Of a stretch of DNA of 64,000 nt, positions 10,036 to 18,801 are shown in pieces (the stretch's first letter is position 1; every line of letters begins with the position of its first letter). The stretch is from the NCBI GenBank assembly GCA_963717645.1, contig CAVQWQ010000001.1, positions 4,994 through 68,993 of the forward strand. The letters are read 5' to 3'. The notes under the pieces were generated by a model. That model had not been told where the DNA came from and did no database searches. It saw only the letters and a list, made by a program, of their open reading frames with translations. Source of the DNA: an uncultured Actinomycetes bacterium. Its GTDB lineage: Bacteria > Actinomycetota > Acidimicrobiia > Acidimicrobiales > AC-9. A program made the position numbers and the translations under genes.

Positions 10036-11220
10036 ATGCGCTTCATCGACAGTGACGGCCACGTGCTCGAGCACCCCGACGGGATGCGGGCCTACGCCCC
10101 GAAGGGCTACGAGGACCGGGTCTGGCACGTCGAGACCGACGGCAAGGGCCGCGAGTGGATGATCATGGACGACGTGCGCATGCCCGCAAACGGCCTCGCC
10201 TTGGCCGGCACAGCGGGCATGTCGGACGAGGAGCGGGGCAGGGCCCAGCGGGGCGAGCTGCGCTACACCGAGGTGAGGCCGGCGGCCTACAACGCCAAGG
10301 CCCGTCTGGAGGACATGTCGACCGACGGCATCGACCAGTCCGTGGTGTACCCCACCTTCCTCCTCGGCATCCAGAGCCACCGCGACGTCGACTTCGCCAC
10401 GGCCCAGTGCCGGGCCTACAACGACTGGGTGTCGGACCACGTGGGTGACGGAGAGGGCCGGCTGTTCGCCGCCGCCGTGCTGCCCCAGCAGGACCTGGAC
10501 CGGGCGGCGGCCGAGATCCGGCGAGCGGCCGAGCTCCCGGGCGTCGTGGCGGTGTTCATTCGGCCCAACCCCACCGCGGACTGGAAGCAGTTCAACGACC
10601 CGGTGTACGACCCGATCTGGCGTGCCGCATCCGACACCGGGCTGCCCGTCGGACTGCACCCGTTCCTGGCCGCTGATCTTCCGGGCGCCTGCATCGGGAT
10701 GCACTTCAACCGCCTCGGGACCTCCGCCGCGCCTTTGCCCGAGGAAGGCGGCGCCGACGTCAACATCGACAACATCTACTTCACCCAGGCTCTGTCCAAC
10801 CCCTTCGACATGATGAGCTCGATGGCGTTCCTGCTCGCCGGCGGGGTGTGCGAGCGCTTCCCGGGCCTCAAGCTGATCTTCCTCGAGGCCAACGGGGGCT
10901 GGTTGGTGCCCTGGCTGGAGCGGCTCGACCACCACGCCGAGATCTTCTCGTGGGACGTCCCGTGGCTGAAGGAACGTCCCTCGGACTACTTCCGACGGCA
11001 GTGCTGGATCAGCTTCGACGCCGACGAGTCGACCCTGGCCTTCACCGCCAACTCGCCGCTGTGCGGCGCCGACCGGATCATCTGGGCGTCGGACTACCCG
11101 CATCCCGACGCCAAGTACCCGGGTGTGACGGCTGAGCTGGCCGAGGCGATCGAGGGCCTCACCAAGCAGCAGCAGGCCCTGATCGCCGGCGAGAACGCCG
11201 TCGCCCTCTACGGGCTGTAG
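10036..11220 (+). CDS. amidohydrolase-2 family metal-dependent hydrolase
   Basis: An AGGAGG RBS sits at 10023-10028, followed by MRFIDSDGHVLEHPD...IIWASDYPHPDA, the HxH and terminal D/H signatures of the amidohydrolase_2 family. The long track ORF upstream extension is rejected. Confidence 0.75.
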   Translation: MRFIDSDGHVLEHPDGMRAYAPKGYEDRVWHVETDGKGREWMIMDDVRMPANGLALAGTAGMSDEERGRAQRGELRYTEVRPAAYNAKARLEDMSTDGIDQSVVYPTFLLGIQSHRDVDFATAQCRAYNDWVSDHVGDGEGRLFAAAVLPQQDLDRAAAEIRRAAELPGVVAVFIRPNPTADWKQFNDPVYDPIWRAASDTGLPVGLHPFLAADLPGACIGMHFNRLGTSAAPLPEEGGADVNIDNIYFTQALSNPFDMMSSMAFLLAGGVCERFPGLKLIFLEANGGWLVPWLERLDHHAEIFSWDVPWLKERPSDYFRRQCWISFDADESTLAFTANSPLCGADRIIWASDYPHPDAKYPGVTAELAEAIEGLTKQQQALIAGENAVALYGL

Positions 11221-11232
11221 CAGAGCCCGATC

Positions 11233-11652
11233 GTGGGCGAGCGCATCTCTTTGGTCGACTACCTCGTCCTCGACGACGGCGAGCCCCACCTGATCGCCTT
11301 TTCCTGTCAAGGCTGCGGCGCGACGTATTTCGAGCGCCACAACGCATGTGGACGGTGCTTCGGGAGGAGCTTCGAGGGAAGACGGATGGCGAACACGGGC
11401 ACCGTGCGCTCCTACACCATCGTCCACCGCGCTGCGCCGGGGGTGGCCGTGCCCTATGTGTCGGCGATCGTCGAGCTCGACGGCGGGGGAGTGGTGAAGG
11501 CCAACCTCCGCGACGTGGAGGCCGAGCCCGGAGAGATCCAGCTCGGCATGCCGGTGGCGATGACGACCTTCGTGGCCGGGACCGACGACGACGGGACCGA
11601 GGCGGTGGCCTTCGGGTACTCGCCGGCGCAGGGGAAGGACAGCGATGCCTGA
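11233..11652 (+). CDS. DUF35 OB-fold/zinc-ribbon protein (thiolase partner)
   Basis: Has CQGCGATYFERHNACGRCFG (rubredoxin-like Zn ribbon) followed by an OB-like TVRSYTIVHRA...AIVELDGG. It overlaps the downstream thiolase-like gene by 8 nt, the classical DUF35-SCPx pairing. Confidence 0.75.
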   Translation: MGERISLVDYLVLDDGEPHLIAFSCQGCGATYFERHNACGRCFGRSFEGRRMANTGTVRSYTIVHRAAPGVAVPYVSAIVELDGGGVVKANLRDVEAEPGEIQLGMPVAMTTFVAGTDDDGTEAVAFGYSPAQGKDSDA

Positions 11653-12847
11653 CGACGTGTGGATCCTCGGTGTGTCGATGGTCAGGTTCGGCCGCTTCCC
11701 GGATCAGGACCTCATGGACATCGGCTCCGAGGCCGCCATGGGCGCCCTGGCGGACGCCGGGGCGTCCATGGCCGACATCGACATCCTCGCCGTCGGCAAC
11801 CAGCTCGAGCCCGTGGGTGGGGTGGGCCAGCGCCTGCAGAAGCAGATCGGCCAGACGGGCATCCCCGTCTACAACGTCACCAACGCCTGCGCCACGGGGG
11901 CCAGCGCCATCCGGGTCGTCTCCATGGCCATCAAGGCAGGCGAGGCGGAGATGGGTCTCGCCGTCGGGGTGGAGAAGATGGCCAAGGTCGGGCTCGCTGG
12001 CGGAAGCGGCGCCAAGCCCGGGAAGGTCGTGTACGAGCGCCACGGACGTACGGGCGCGGTGATGAGCGTCGAGGGGGTGCTGGGGACCGATTTCATGCCC
12101 GGGGTGTTCGCCCAGGCGGGCATGGAGTACGCCCGCGACAACGGTGGCGTGGGCTTCGAGCAGTTCGCCCGCGTGGCCGAGAAGAACCACGCCCACTCCT
12201 CGCTCAACCCCCTGGCCCAGTACCAGAAGGTCTTCAGCCTCGACGAGGTCATGGCCTCGCCGATGATGTCGTATCCCAACACGCTGCTCATGTGCTGTCC
12301 GACGGGGGACGGCTCGGCCGCCGCCGTCGTCGTCTCGGGCGAGAGGCTCGCCATGCTCGATCCCGAGGTGCGCAAGCGGGCGGTGAAGGTGTCGGCCTCG
12401 GTGCTTACCACCGACCCCTGGGTCGAGGGTGGCGAGCAGCAGCCCGACGTCAACACGCTCACCCGCCAGGCGGCCGACAAGGCCTACGAGCAGGCCGGCG
12501 TCGACCCGCATGACCTCGACCTGGTCGAGCTGCACGACTGCTTCGCCACCGCCGAGCTCATCCACTACGACAACCTGCGGCTGTGCGAGCCGGGTGGAGC
12601 GGGCGACTTCATCGACTCGCGCGGCCCGTGGCGCGACGGTCGCATCCCGGTGAACGTCTCGGGCGGTCTGATCTCCAAGGGCCACCCCATCGCCGCCACC
12701 GGCGTGGCCAACATCTACGAGATCGTCACCCACCTCCGGGGGGAGGCGGCCGACCGCCAGATCGAAGGGGCCAAGGTGGGCCTGGCCCACGTCATCGGGC
12801 TCGGCTCGACCTGCGCCGTGCACATCCTGGAGAAGGCGGCCGCCTGA
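11645..12847 (+). CDS. thiolase-like lipid-transfer protein (SCP-x type thiolase)
   Basis: 400 aa with VYNVTNACATGASAIR (active-site Cys region) and a C-terminal NVSGGLISKGHPIAATG, both typical of non-specific lipid-transfer/SCPx thiolases. Confidence 0.8.
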   Translation: MPDDVWILGVSMVRFGRFPDQDLMDIGSEAAMGALADAGASMADIDILAVGNQLEPVGGVGQRLQKQIGQTGIPVYNVTNACATGASAIRVVSMAIKAGEAEMGLAVGVEKMAKVGLAGGSGAKPGKVVYERHGRTGAVMSVEGVLGTDFMPGVFAQAGMEYARDNGGVGFEQFARVAEKNHAHSSLNPLAQYQKVFSLDEVMASPMMSYPNTLLMCCPTGDGSAAAVVVSGERLAMLDPEVRKRAVKVSASVLTTDPWVEGGEQQPDVNTLTRQAADKAYEQAGVDPHDLDLVELHDCFATAELIHYDNLRLCEPGGAGDFIDSRGPWRDGRIPVNVSGGLISKGHPIAATGVANIYEIVTHLRGEAADRQIEGAKVGLAHVIGLGSTCAVHILEKAAA

Positions 12848-12918
12848 GGGCCCAAGGGTCGGTATGGTAAGACATGACGTCCGTGTTAGGGAACTGACCG
12901 GGTCCAGAGAGGGGAGCG

Positions 12919-14166
12919 ATGACGACGCAAGGCGGGATCGCACCGTTCGACGACGCGACCTACGACCCGTTCGAGGTCTTCGAGAGAAGTGTCGGGGCGT
13001 CCAAGGTCGCCAACCCCTATCCCGACTTCGCCGAGCTCCGCCGGCAGGGCCCGGTGCACAAGCGCGACCTGGCCGAGCTCTACGAGCTGGAGAACATGGA
13101 GGGACTCGACCTGCCGGATGCCTACACGATCGTCACCCACGAGGCCGTGGAGAAGATCCTTCGCGACGGTCAGACCTTCTCCTCCTCGGGCTACGCCGAG
13201 AGCATGGGCATGGTCATGGGCCACAGCATCCTGGAGATGGACGAGCCGGAGCACCGCGCCTACCGCGGGCTCGTCCAGCAGGCCTTCACCCGCAAGGCCA
13301 TGGTCCGCTGGGAGTCCGAGCTGGTGCGGCCGATCGTCGACCGCTTCATCGACGTGTTCGCCGGTCGCGGTCGGGCTGATCTGGTGTCCGAGCTCACCTT
13401 CCCCTTCCCGGTGCGGGTGATCGCCGGGATGCTGGGCCTTCCCGAGGAGGACCTGGAGACGTTCCACGCCTGGGCCGTCGGGTTGATCAGCGTGGGTGCC
13501 GACTTCGATCACGGGATGGAGGCGTCCGCCAAGCTGCGGGACTACTTCGCCGGTATTCTCGCCGAGCGGCGGCGGCAGCCATCCGACGACGTGATCACCG
13601 CGCTGGCCCAGGCCGAGCTGGAGGGCAAGAGGCTGACCGACGAGGACATCTTCGCCTTCCTGCGGCTGTTGCTCCCCGCCGGGGCCGAGACGACCTACCG
13701 CTCGTCCAGCAACCTGCTGACCGGTCTGCTGACGAACCCACACCAGCTGGAGGCGGTGCGCGCCGATCGCTCGCTCATACCCCAGGCCATCGAGGAGGGT
13801 CTGCGGTGGGAGCCTCCGCTCACCGGCATCGCCCGCACGACGAGCCGCGAGGTCGACATCGGCGGGGTCACCCTGCCCGCCGGCGTGATCATCAACGTGA
13901 ACATGGGCGCGGCCAACCACGACCCGGCGAGGTACCCGAACCCCGAGCAGTTCGACATCTTCCGGGACCCCCAGCAGCACATGGCCTTCGCCTACGGGCC
14001 CCACATGTGCCTGGGCATGCACCTGGCCCGGATGGAGACGACCGTGGCTCTCAACGCCCTGCTCGACCGCCTGCCCGGCCTGCGACTCGACCCCGACGCC
14101 CCGCCGCCCGAGATCCGGGGCCTGGCCTTCCGGTCACCAAAGGAGCTGCGGGTCGCCTTCGACTGA
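12919..14166 (+). CDS. cytochrome P450
   Basis: Has an AGxET-like I-helix (LLPAGAETT), an ExxR (EEGLRWEPP) and the heme loop FAYGPHMCLGMHLAR. Its stop at 14164-14166 lies 3 nt from the stop of the convergent ACAD fragment. Confidence 0.9.
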   Translation: MTTQGGIAPFDDATYDPFEVFERSVGASKVANPYPDFAELRRQGPVHKRDLAELYELENMEGLDLPDAYTIVTHEAVEKILRDGQTFSSSGYAESMGMVMGHSILEMDEPEHRAYRGLVQQAFTRKAMVRWESELVRPIVDRFIDVFAGRGRADLVSELTFPFPVRVIAGMLGLPEEDLETFHAWAVGLISVGADFDHGMEASAKLRDYFAGILAERRRQPSDDVITALAQAELEGKRLTDEDIFAFLRLLLPAGAETTYRSSSNLLTGLLTNPHQLEAVRADRSLIPQAIEEGLRWEPPLTGIARTTSREVDIGGVTLPAGVIINVNMGAANHDPARYPNPEQFDIFRDPQQHMAFAYGPHMCLGMHLARMETTVALNALLDRLPGLRLDPDAPPPEIRGLAFRSPKELRVAFD

Positions 14167-14169
14167 GCG

Positions 14170-14535
14170 TCAGAGCCCGGAGAGGCGAGCCGGAAGGGTG
14201 GCGACGCGGGCGCGATGTTGGCGGGCCGTGCCGAACACGGCGTCGCCGGACTTCGCCCGCTTCACGTACAGGTGCATGTCGTGCTCCCAAGTGAAGCCGA
14301 TTCCGCCGAGGCTCTGTATCCCCTCCTGGGCTAGGAGACGCTGGCAGTCGCCGGCTGCCGCCTTGGCCATGGAGACGGCCAGAGTCCGACGCTCGTCGTC
14401 CTCGGCGAGGGTCGCCGACGCGAAGTAGCACACGGCCCGCGCTGACTCGAGGGCGACGAACATGTCGGCGAACTTGTGCTTCATGGCCTGAAAGGACCCG
14501 ATGGGCGAGCCGAACTGCTCGCGGGTCTTGGCGTG
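14170..14535 (-). pseudogene. orphan 3' fragment (last ~121 codons) of an acyl-CoA dehydrogenase gene, cut off by island insertion
   Basis: Translation ...HAKTREQFGSPIGSFQAMKHKFADMFVALESARAV...YVKRAKSGDAVFGTARQHRARVATLPARLSGL* matches the C-terminus of the intact ACAD at 36954..38081. By-eye alignment shows 14217-14535 identical to 36989-37307. Homology ends abruptly at 14535/14536. Confidence 0.9.
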
Positions 14536-14579
14536 TGCCAGTGCGCTGATCTGTAGCAGTAGGACCAGGAGGCGTCGAA
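14536..14579 (+). other. element-side junction motif (candidate att half-site) plus RBS of recombinase 1
   Basis: tgCCAGtGcGCTgATCTGTAGCAGTAGgaCCAGGAGGcgtcgaa-ATG. The same architecture recurs at 20162-20203 (CCAGcGtGCTaATCTGTAGCAGTAGcgCAGGAGGcacccaag-ATG). Confidence 0.7.
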
Positions 14580-15993
14580 ATGATGACCACACGCAAGCCT
14601 CGCAACGCAGCGGTTTACTGCCGGATCTCCCGGGACCGGGATGGCCAGGCGCTCGGCGTCGCCCGCCAGGAGAAGGACTGCGCCGAGTGGGCCGCCCGCC
14701 ACGGCTGGACCGTGACGAGCACGCTGGTCGACGATGACCTGTCCGCGTACAGCGGCCGGGCGCGACCGGGTTACCGCCGACTGCTCGCCGACATCGAGGC
14801 GGGTCGCACCGATGGCCTCGTCATCTGGCACCCTGACCGCTTGCACCGCCGGCCTGCCGAGCTCGAGAGCTTCATCGACCTCGTCGAGCGCACCGGGCTA
14901 CCGATCGGCTCCGTCCAGTCAGGCGAGGTCGACCTCACTACGCCAACCGGGCGCATGAGCGCGAGGATCGTGGGCGCCGTGGCCCGACACGAAAGCGAGC
15001 ACAAGGCGGCTCCCCAGGCCAGAAAGCACCGAGAGTTTGGCCGAGGAGGGCTTGCCGTCCGGGGGCGGGTCGCGACCCTTCGGTTACGAGGACGACAAGG
15101 TCACGGTGCGCGACGACGAGGCCGAGCTCATATGCCAGGCGGCCGATCGGCTGCTCGCCGGTGAGAGCCTGCGGGGGATCCTGCGCGACTGGAACGAGCA
15201 GGGGATCACCACCACCACCGGGCGTACCTGGGCGGTGACCGCCTTTCGTCGGATGTTGACCAGCGCCAGGGTTGCTGGTGACCGCGAGCACCACGGGGTC
15301 GTCACCCACGCCGACGCATGGCCCGCCATCCTCGACCGGTCGACATCGGCCCGGGTGCGGGCCGTGCTCTCGGACCCGTCCCGTAGACGGAAGCCCGGAC
15401 CGGCCTACCTGTTGACCGGCCTCGTCCGCTGTGGCCGGTGCGGGGCCGTCATGGTCGGCCGCCCCGTGTGGCGCGGCGGGAAGCGATTGCGCCGGTACTT
15501 CTGCGCCGCCGACCCCCCGGTCCGCGTCGGCTGCAACTCGGTCGGGATCGTCGCTGAGCCGCTCGAGGAGCTGGTATCGGAGGCCGGCCTGGTCGCCCTG
15601 GACGCCCCGGTGGTGCCGAAGGCACTATCCCGCAAGGCTGAGCCGAAGAACGGGGCGGAGGCCGCCCTGCGGGCGCTCGAGGGGCGTGAGGCGGAGTTGG
15701 CCTCCATGTGGGCGAGCGGCACGCTCACCAAGACGGCGTGGAGCGCGGCCCGCGATCAGCTGGCCAAGGAACTGGAGGCGGCGAGAGCCCGTGTGGCTGG
15801 CAGGGTGACCGAGGACGCGGCCGTGGCCTACGCGGGCAAGGGGGCGTCACTGCGCAAGCGGTGGCCGGACCTGTCGACCGATCAGCGCCGGGCAGTGATC
15901 GGGGCCGTGGTCGAGGCCGTGACGATCGCGCCCGTGACGCGCCGTGACAATCGCTTCGACGACAAGAGGGTCTCGATCACACGGCGGGTGTGA
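14580..15993 (+). pseudogene. large serine recombinase, interrupted by a +1 frameshift near 15035
   Basis: Track ORFs 14580..15164 and 15037..15993 together align along the whole intact paralog at 20204..21616. The motif is AVYCRISRDRDG...GLVIWHPDRLHRRP, with a resolvase-type catalytic Ser. Copy 1 has gagTTTGGCC where copy 2 has gagCTAGCC, one extra nt. Confidence 0.85.
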
Positions 15994-16121
15994 GGCCGCC
16001 GGTCAGATAAGTCGGGGAAATGGGTGCTCCTCTGAGGCCCAGATGACATGGCGTCCGGCGCTGGGCGGCTCCGCCATCCGCCAGCGGAGTGGCGGGATCC
16101 ATAGACCCACAACCGCGGTAT

Positions 16122-16200
16122 CTAGCCGTCCTCCTCACCGAGCAGCGCCCAGAGGCCGTCGCACAGGTGGTCGAGGCGGCCCTGCACCTCGCCCAGCCTG
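16122..16200 (-). repeat. R-family copy 1 (3'-terminal fragment only)
   Basis: The reverse strand reads ...LGEVQGRLDHLCDGLWALLGEEDG*, homologous to the C-terminal ends of copies at 16852, 18354, 18802 and 33491. Confidence 0.65.
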
Positions 16201-16247
16201 CTCCCGGCCGCCCCCTCATCGCGTTGACAGGGAAGCGTTAAGTGAGA

Positions 16248-16676
16248 TCAGCAGCGAGTGGAGGCGGCCTGGATGCCGTGCTGCGTCTGCCGGTTGGCGT
16301 TGCAGGGCGCTTGGGCAATGTCGAGGAGCCCGAAGCCGTTCCCGGCCTGATAGTTGCCCTTGACTGTGCCCGCCGGTAGTCCGATGGCGGCCGCTTGGTC
16401 CGGGGTGAGGCCGAGAACGCTGGCCGCCGTGCCGGGCGGCACCTTGTCCCACGCGGCGCCAGCGAAGGGGCCGCCATTGAAGTTTATGTACCACCAGTCG
16501 CCTTGGACGACCCAGATCGTTGGACCGCCCGAGGAGGAGAAATCGATCACCGGAGCCGAGGGTTGGGACGGCGGTGGGCGGCTGACGTTGACGCAGTCGA
16601 GCGCGTAGGCGCTGGTTGCGCTGGCGCCGAGTATGGCAGCGCTCAGCGCCAGGGTGAAGCCCGCTTTCCGAAGCAT
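16248..16676 (-). CDS. small secreted protein (signal peptide, Cys-containing), unknown function
   Basis: MLRKAGFTLALSAAILGASATSAYA|LDCVNVS... is a clear Sec-type signal with an AYA cleavage motif. The mature protein is about 117 aa with Cys near both ends. The track ORF upstream extension is rejected. Confidence 0.55.
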   Translation of the reverse strand: MLRKAGFTLALSAAILGASATSAYALDCVNVSRPPPSQPSAPVIDFSSSGGPTIWVVQGDWWYINFNGGPFAGAAWDKVPPGTAASVLGLTPDQAAAIGLPAGTVKGNYQAGNGFGLLDIAQAPCNANRQTQHGIQAASTRC

Positions 16677-16739
16677 GAGAAAAAGGGTCCTCTCGTAGAT
16701 TCGCCCGGGTGATCGGCCTCGCGACAATGCCGTCGAATC

Positions 16740-16800
16740 CTGACGATTCGCTGACCGGAAGCTGACTGTCTTCTGACTTTCTGACTTCTGACTGTCTGAC
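16740..16800. repeat. array of 7 CTGAC motifs (core TCTGACT repeated at 7-11 nt spacing)
   Basis: cCTGACgattcgCTGACcggaagCTGACtgtcttCTGACtttCTGACttCTGACtgtCTGACttg. It lies 65-125 nt upstream of the start of the secreted-protein gene on the opposite strand. Confidence 0.8.
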
Positions 16801-16851
16801 TTGTGCTTTCCGGACCGATCCGTGACAGATGAACCCGCCAAACACGCTGGG

Positions 16852-16990
16852 CTAGGCGGGTTCGTCGGCGAGCAGAGCCCGAAGGCCTTCGCAGAGCTAG
16901 TCGAGGCGGCCCCGCACCTCGCCGAGCTCGCCAAGCAGCTTCATGGCGTCCTCTCGTGTCATCGCCATTGAGCCGGGACTGAGCATGGCG
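16852..16990 (-). repeat. R-family copy 2 (in-frame stop, pseudogene-like)
   Basis: The reverse strand reads VAMLSPGSMAMTREDAMKLLGELGEVRGRLD*LCEGLRALLADEPA*, with a TAG where the other copies have a sense codon. Confidence 0.65.
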
Positions 16991-17275
16991 ACTGGACCGG
17001 CGATCGCTCAGTCACAGGCGCGTCCGCAGACGGCGTTTCGACGAACCCCAACCCGAGCAAAGGTGGAAATCTCGCTCCGAGGTTGGGCCAGGTCCATGGC
17101 GTAGCTGGCTCGATGCTTTGGGCGGCACCTAGCGCGGCCTGCTGACGTCCTCATAGGCGCCCCTGTCCCGTTAAGACGGACAGGCGTCTCCCCAGGAGGT
17201 CACGGCCGTGTCCATTGACCTCGCAGACAGGTATCTGATAGGCGCTCGAGTGCCATTCGGCTGAAGGGGGCCGTC

Positions 17276-18123
17276 ATGCGTCGCATGCTCGTGGTGGGAG
17301 CTGTAGTCGGGCTCACCTGGGGAGGAGTCGGGGCGCTAACGACGGCGGCACAAGCCGCCCCTGCATCGACCACCGTGGGCTGCACCAAAGGGGTAGGCGA
17401 CAGCAACAAGCTGGTGAGAGCCATCAATAAGGCCAACGACGGCGGCGCGAAGACCATCATTTTGCGCCAAAACTGCACTTACACGCTGACCAGCCCCGCT
17501 GAGGGCTCCGACGGCCTTCCTGTCATCACTGCCTCGATCACGCTCGAGGGCTCAGGTTCAACCATCACCCGAAGCGCCACGGCCCAGTTCCGGATCCTCG
17601 AGGTCGGATCCACCGGCACGCTCACGGCCTCCAATCTGACCGTGAGTGGCGGACACGCCCTTGATGGCGCCGACGGCACGACGGGCACGACGGGCACGAC
17701 GGCAACTGCAGTATTCCCCGACCCGCCCCTGGGGGCACCGGGGGCAACGGCACTGGCGGCAGCAACGGGGCCAATGGGGGCGGCATTCTCATCGACAGCG
17801 GTGGCGCCCTCAGCCTGAGTAACGGCACGGTGAGCAGCAACCTCGCCGGCAACGGTGGGGTCGGCGGCTCGGGTGGCGCTGGCGGTCCCGCCATCAACGA
17901 GGGCGGCCCGGGCGGCAACGGGGGGAACGGCGGGAATGGCGGCAATGGCGGCAATGGCGGGGGGATATTCGGCACAGTCAGCCTGCTGAACAGCTCCGTG
18001 ACCGGCAACAGCGCTGGCACTGGCGGCGCCGGCGGCCCGGGCGGTACAGGCGGTACCAGCCAAGGCAGCACTGCCGGTAATCCCGGGACCGACGGGACTG
18101 CTGGCACACCAGGCTCCCCTTGA
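17276..18123 (+). pseudogene. secreted glycine-rich right-handed beta-helix-type repeat protein, reading frame broken near 17700-17745
   Basis: A signal peptide (MRRMLVVGAVVGLTWGGVGALTTAAQA) is followed by CTKGVGDSNKLVRAINKANDGGAKTIILRQNCTYTL. The frame then runs into a stop at 17818. A second frame continues as GGTGGNGTGGSNGANGGGILIDSGGALSLSNGTVSSNLAGNGGVGGSGGAGG...GNGGNGGNGGNGGNGG. Confidence 0.6.
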
Positions 18124-18353
18124 GGGGATAGCCAAGGACGGAGCTAACCGCGGCCGCAAGGCGCTCAGGCACTCGCTCAAGCCTGGCCGCTATTAGCTCC
18201 AAGAGCCTCCGACGCTGGCTTCGTTCTACGAGCGGAGCCGGCGCGACACCAATTGACCCCCTAACAGTGACTCGCCTTTCCTCCCCGTGAAAAGCCACGG
18301 GGCATCCCCTCGATGCTGGGCGGGGGCGAGGTGGGGCGTCGAGGGGCTGTCGT

Positions 18354-18419
18354 CTAACCGTCCTCCTCGCGGAGCAACGTTCGCAGCCTTTCACGCAGCC
18401 GGTCGAGGGCACACGACAT
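18354..18419 (-). repeat. R-family copy 3 (21-codon 3' fragment)
   Basis: The reverse strand reads MSCALDRLRERLRTLLREEDG*, matching the ...LDRLRDGLRALLGEDV* end of the family. Confidence 0.55.
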
Positions 18420-18464
18420 TAGCCTTGGCTCTTTGACGATCACCCAGACAGGAGGGAGGCCACC

Positions 18465-18785
18465 ATGCCGAAGTACCTCTTCGTTTCTCGTCACACGTCC
18501 GAGGGTGCCCGAGGGCTACTGCGAGAGGGAGGGACCAGCCGACGGGCAGAAACGGATCGGGCGGTGAGCAGCGTCGGGGGCAAGTTGGAGGGCTTCTATT
18601 ACGCCTTCGGTAGCACCGACGTCTTCATCATTGCCGACCTGCCGGACAACGCCTCGGCTGCTTCCTTGAACATCGCCGTCGCTGCTACTGGCGCGATCAC
18701 CGGCGAGACGGTTGTCCTCTTGAGCCCGGAGGAGATCGACACGGCAACAAAGAAGGGTGCCGCATACCGGCCCCCTGGCGTCTAA
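18465..18785 (+). CDS. GYD domain-containing protein
   Basis: MPKYLFVSRHTSEGARGLLREGGTSRRAE...GGKLEGFYYAFGSTDVFIIADLPDN...YRPPGV is a full-length match to the GYD family pattern. A GGAGGGAGG RBS lies upstream. Confidence 0.85.
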   Translation: MPKYLFVSRHTSEGARGLLREGGTSRRAETDRAVSSVGGKLEGFYYAFGSTDVFIIADLPDNASAASLNIAVAATGAITGETVVLLSPEEIDTATKKGAAYRPPGV

Positions 18786-18801
18786 CCCGCGCGGCCATCT
18801 G

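Noticed and set aside
14170-14535. A tRNA or tmRNA gene as the integration target, or a tyrosine integrase.
   Set aside because: No cloverleaf-like sequence is visible at any junction. The duplicated sequence is demonstrably the ACAD coding 3' end, and both recombinases have resolvase-type serine catalytic domains.
16740-16800. A CRISPR array. I also considered the GGN repeats at 17905-17965 and the Ala/Lys codon repeats at 47640-47990.
   Set aside because: The repeat units are 5-9 nt with 2-6 nt spacing, or they are coding low-complexity tracts. There are no 25-40 nt repeats with unique spacers and no cas genes in the window.
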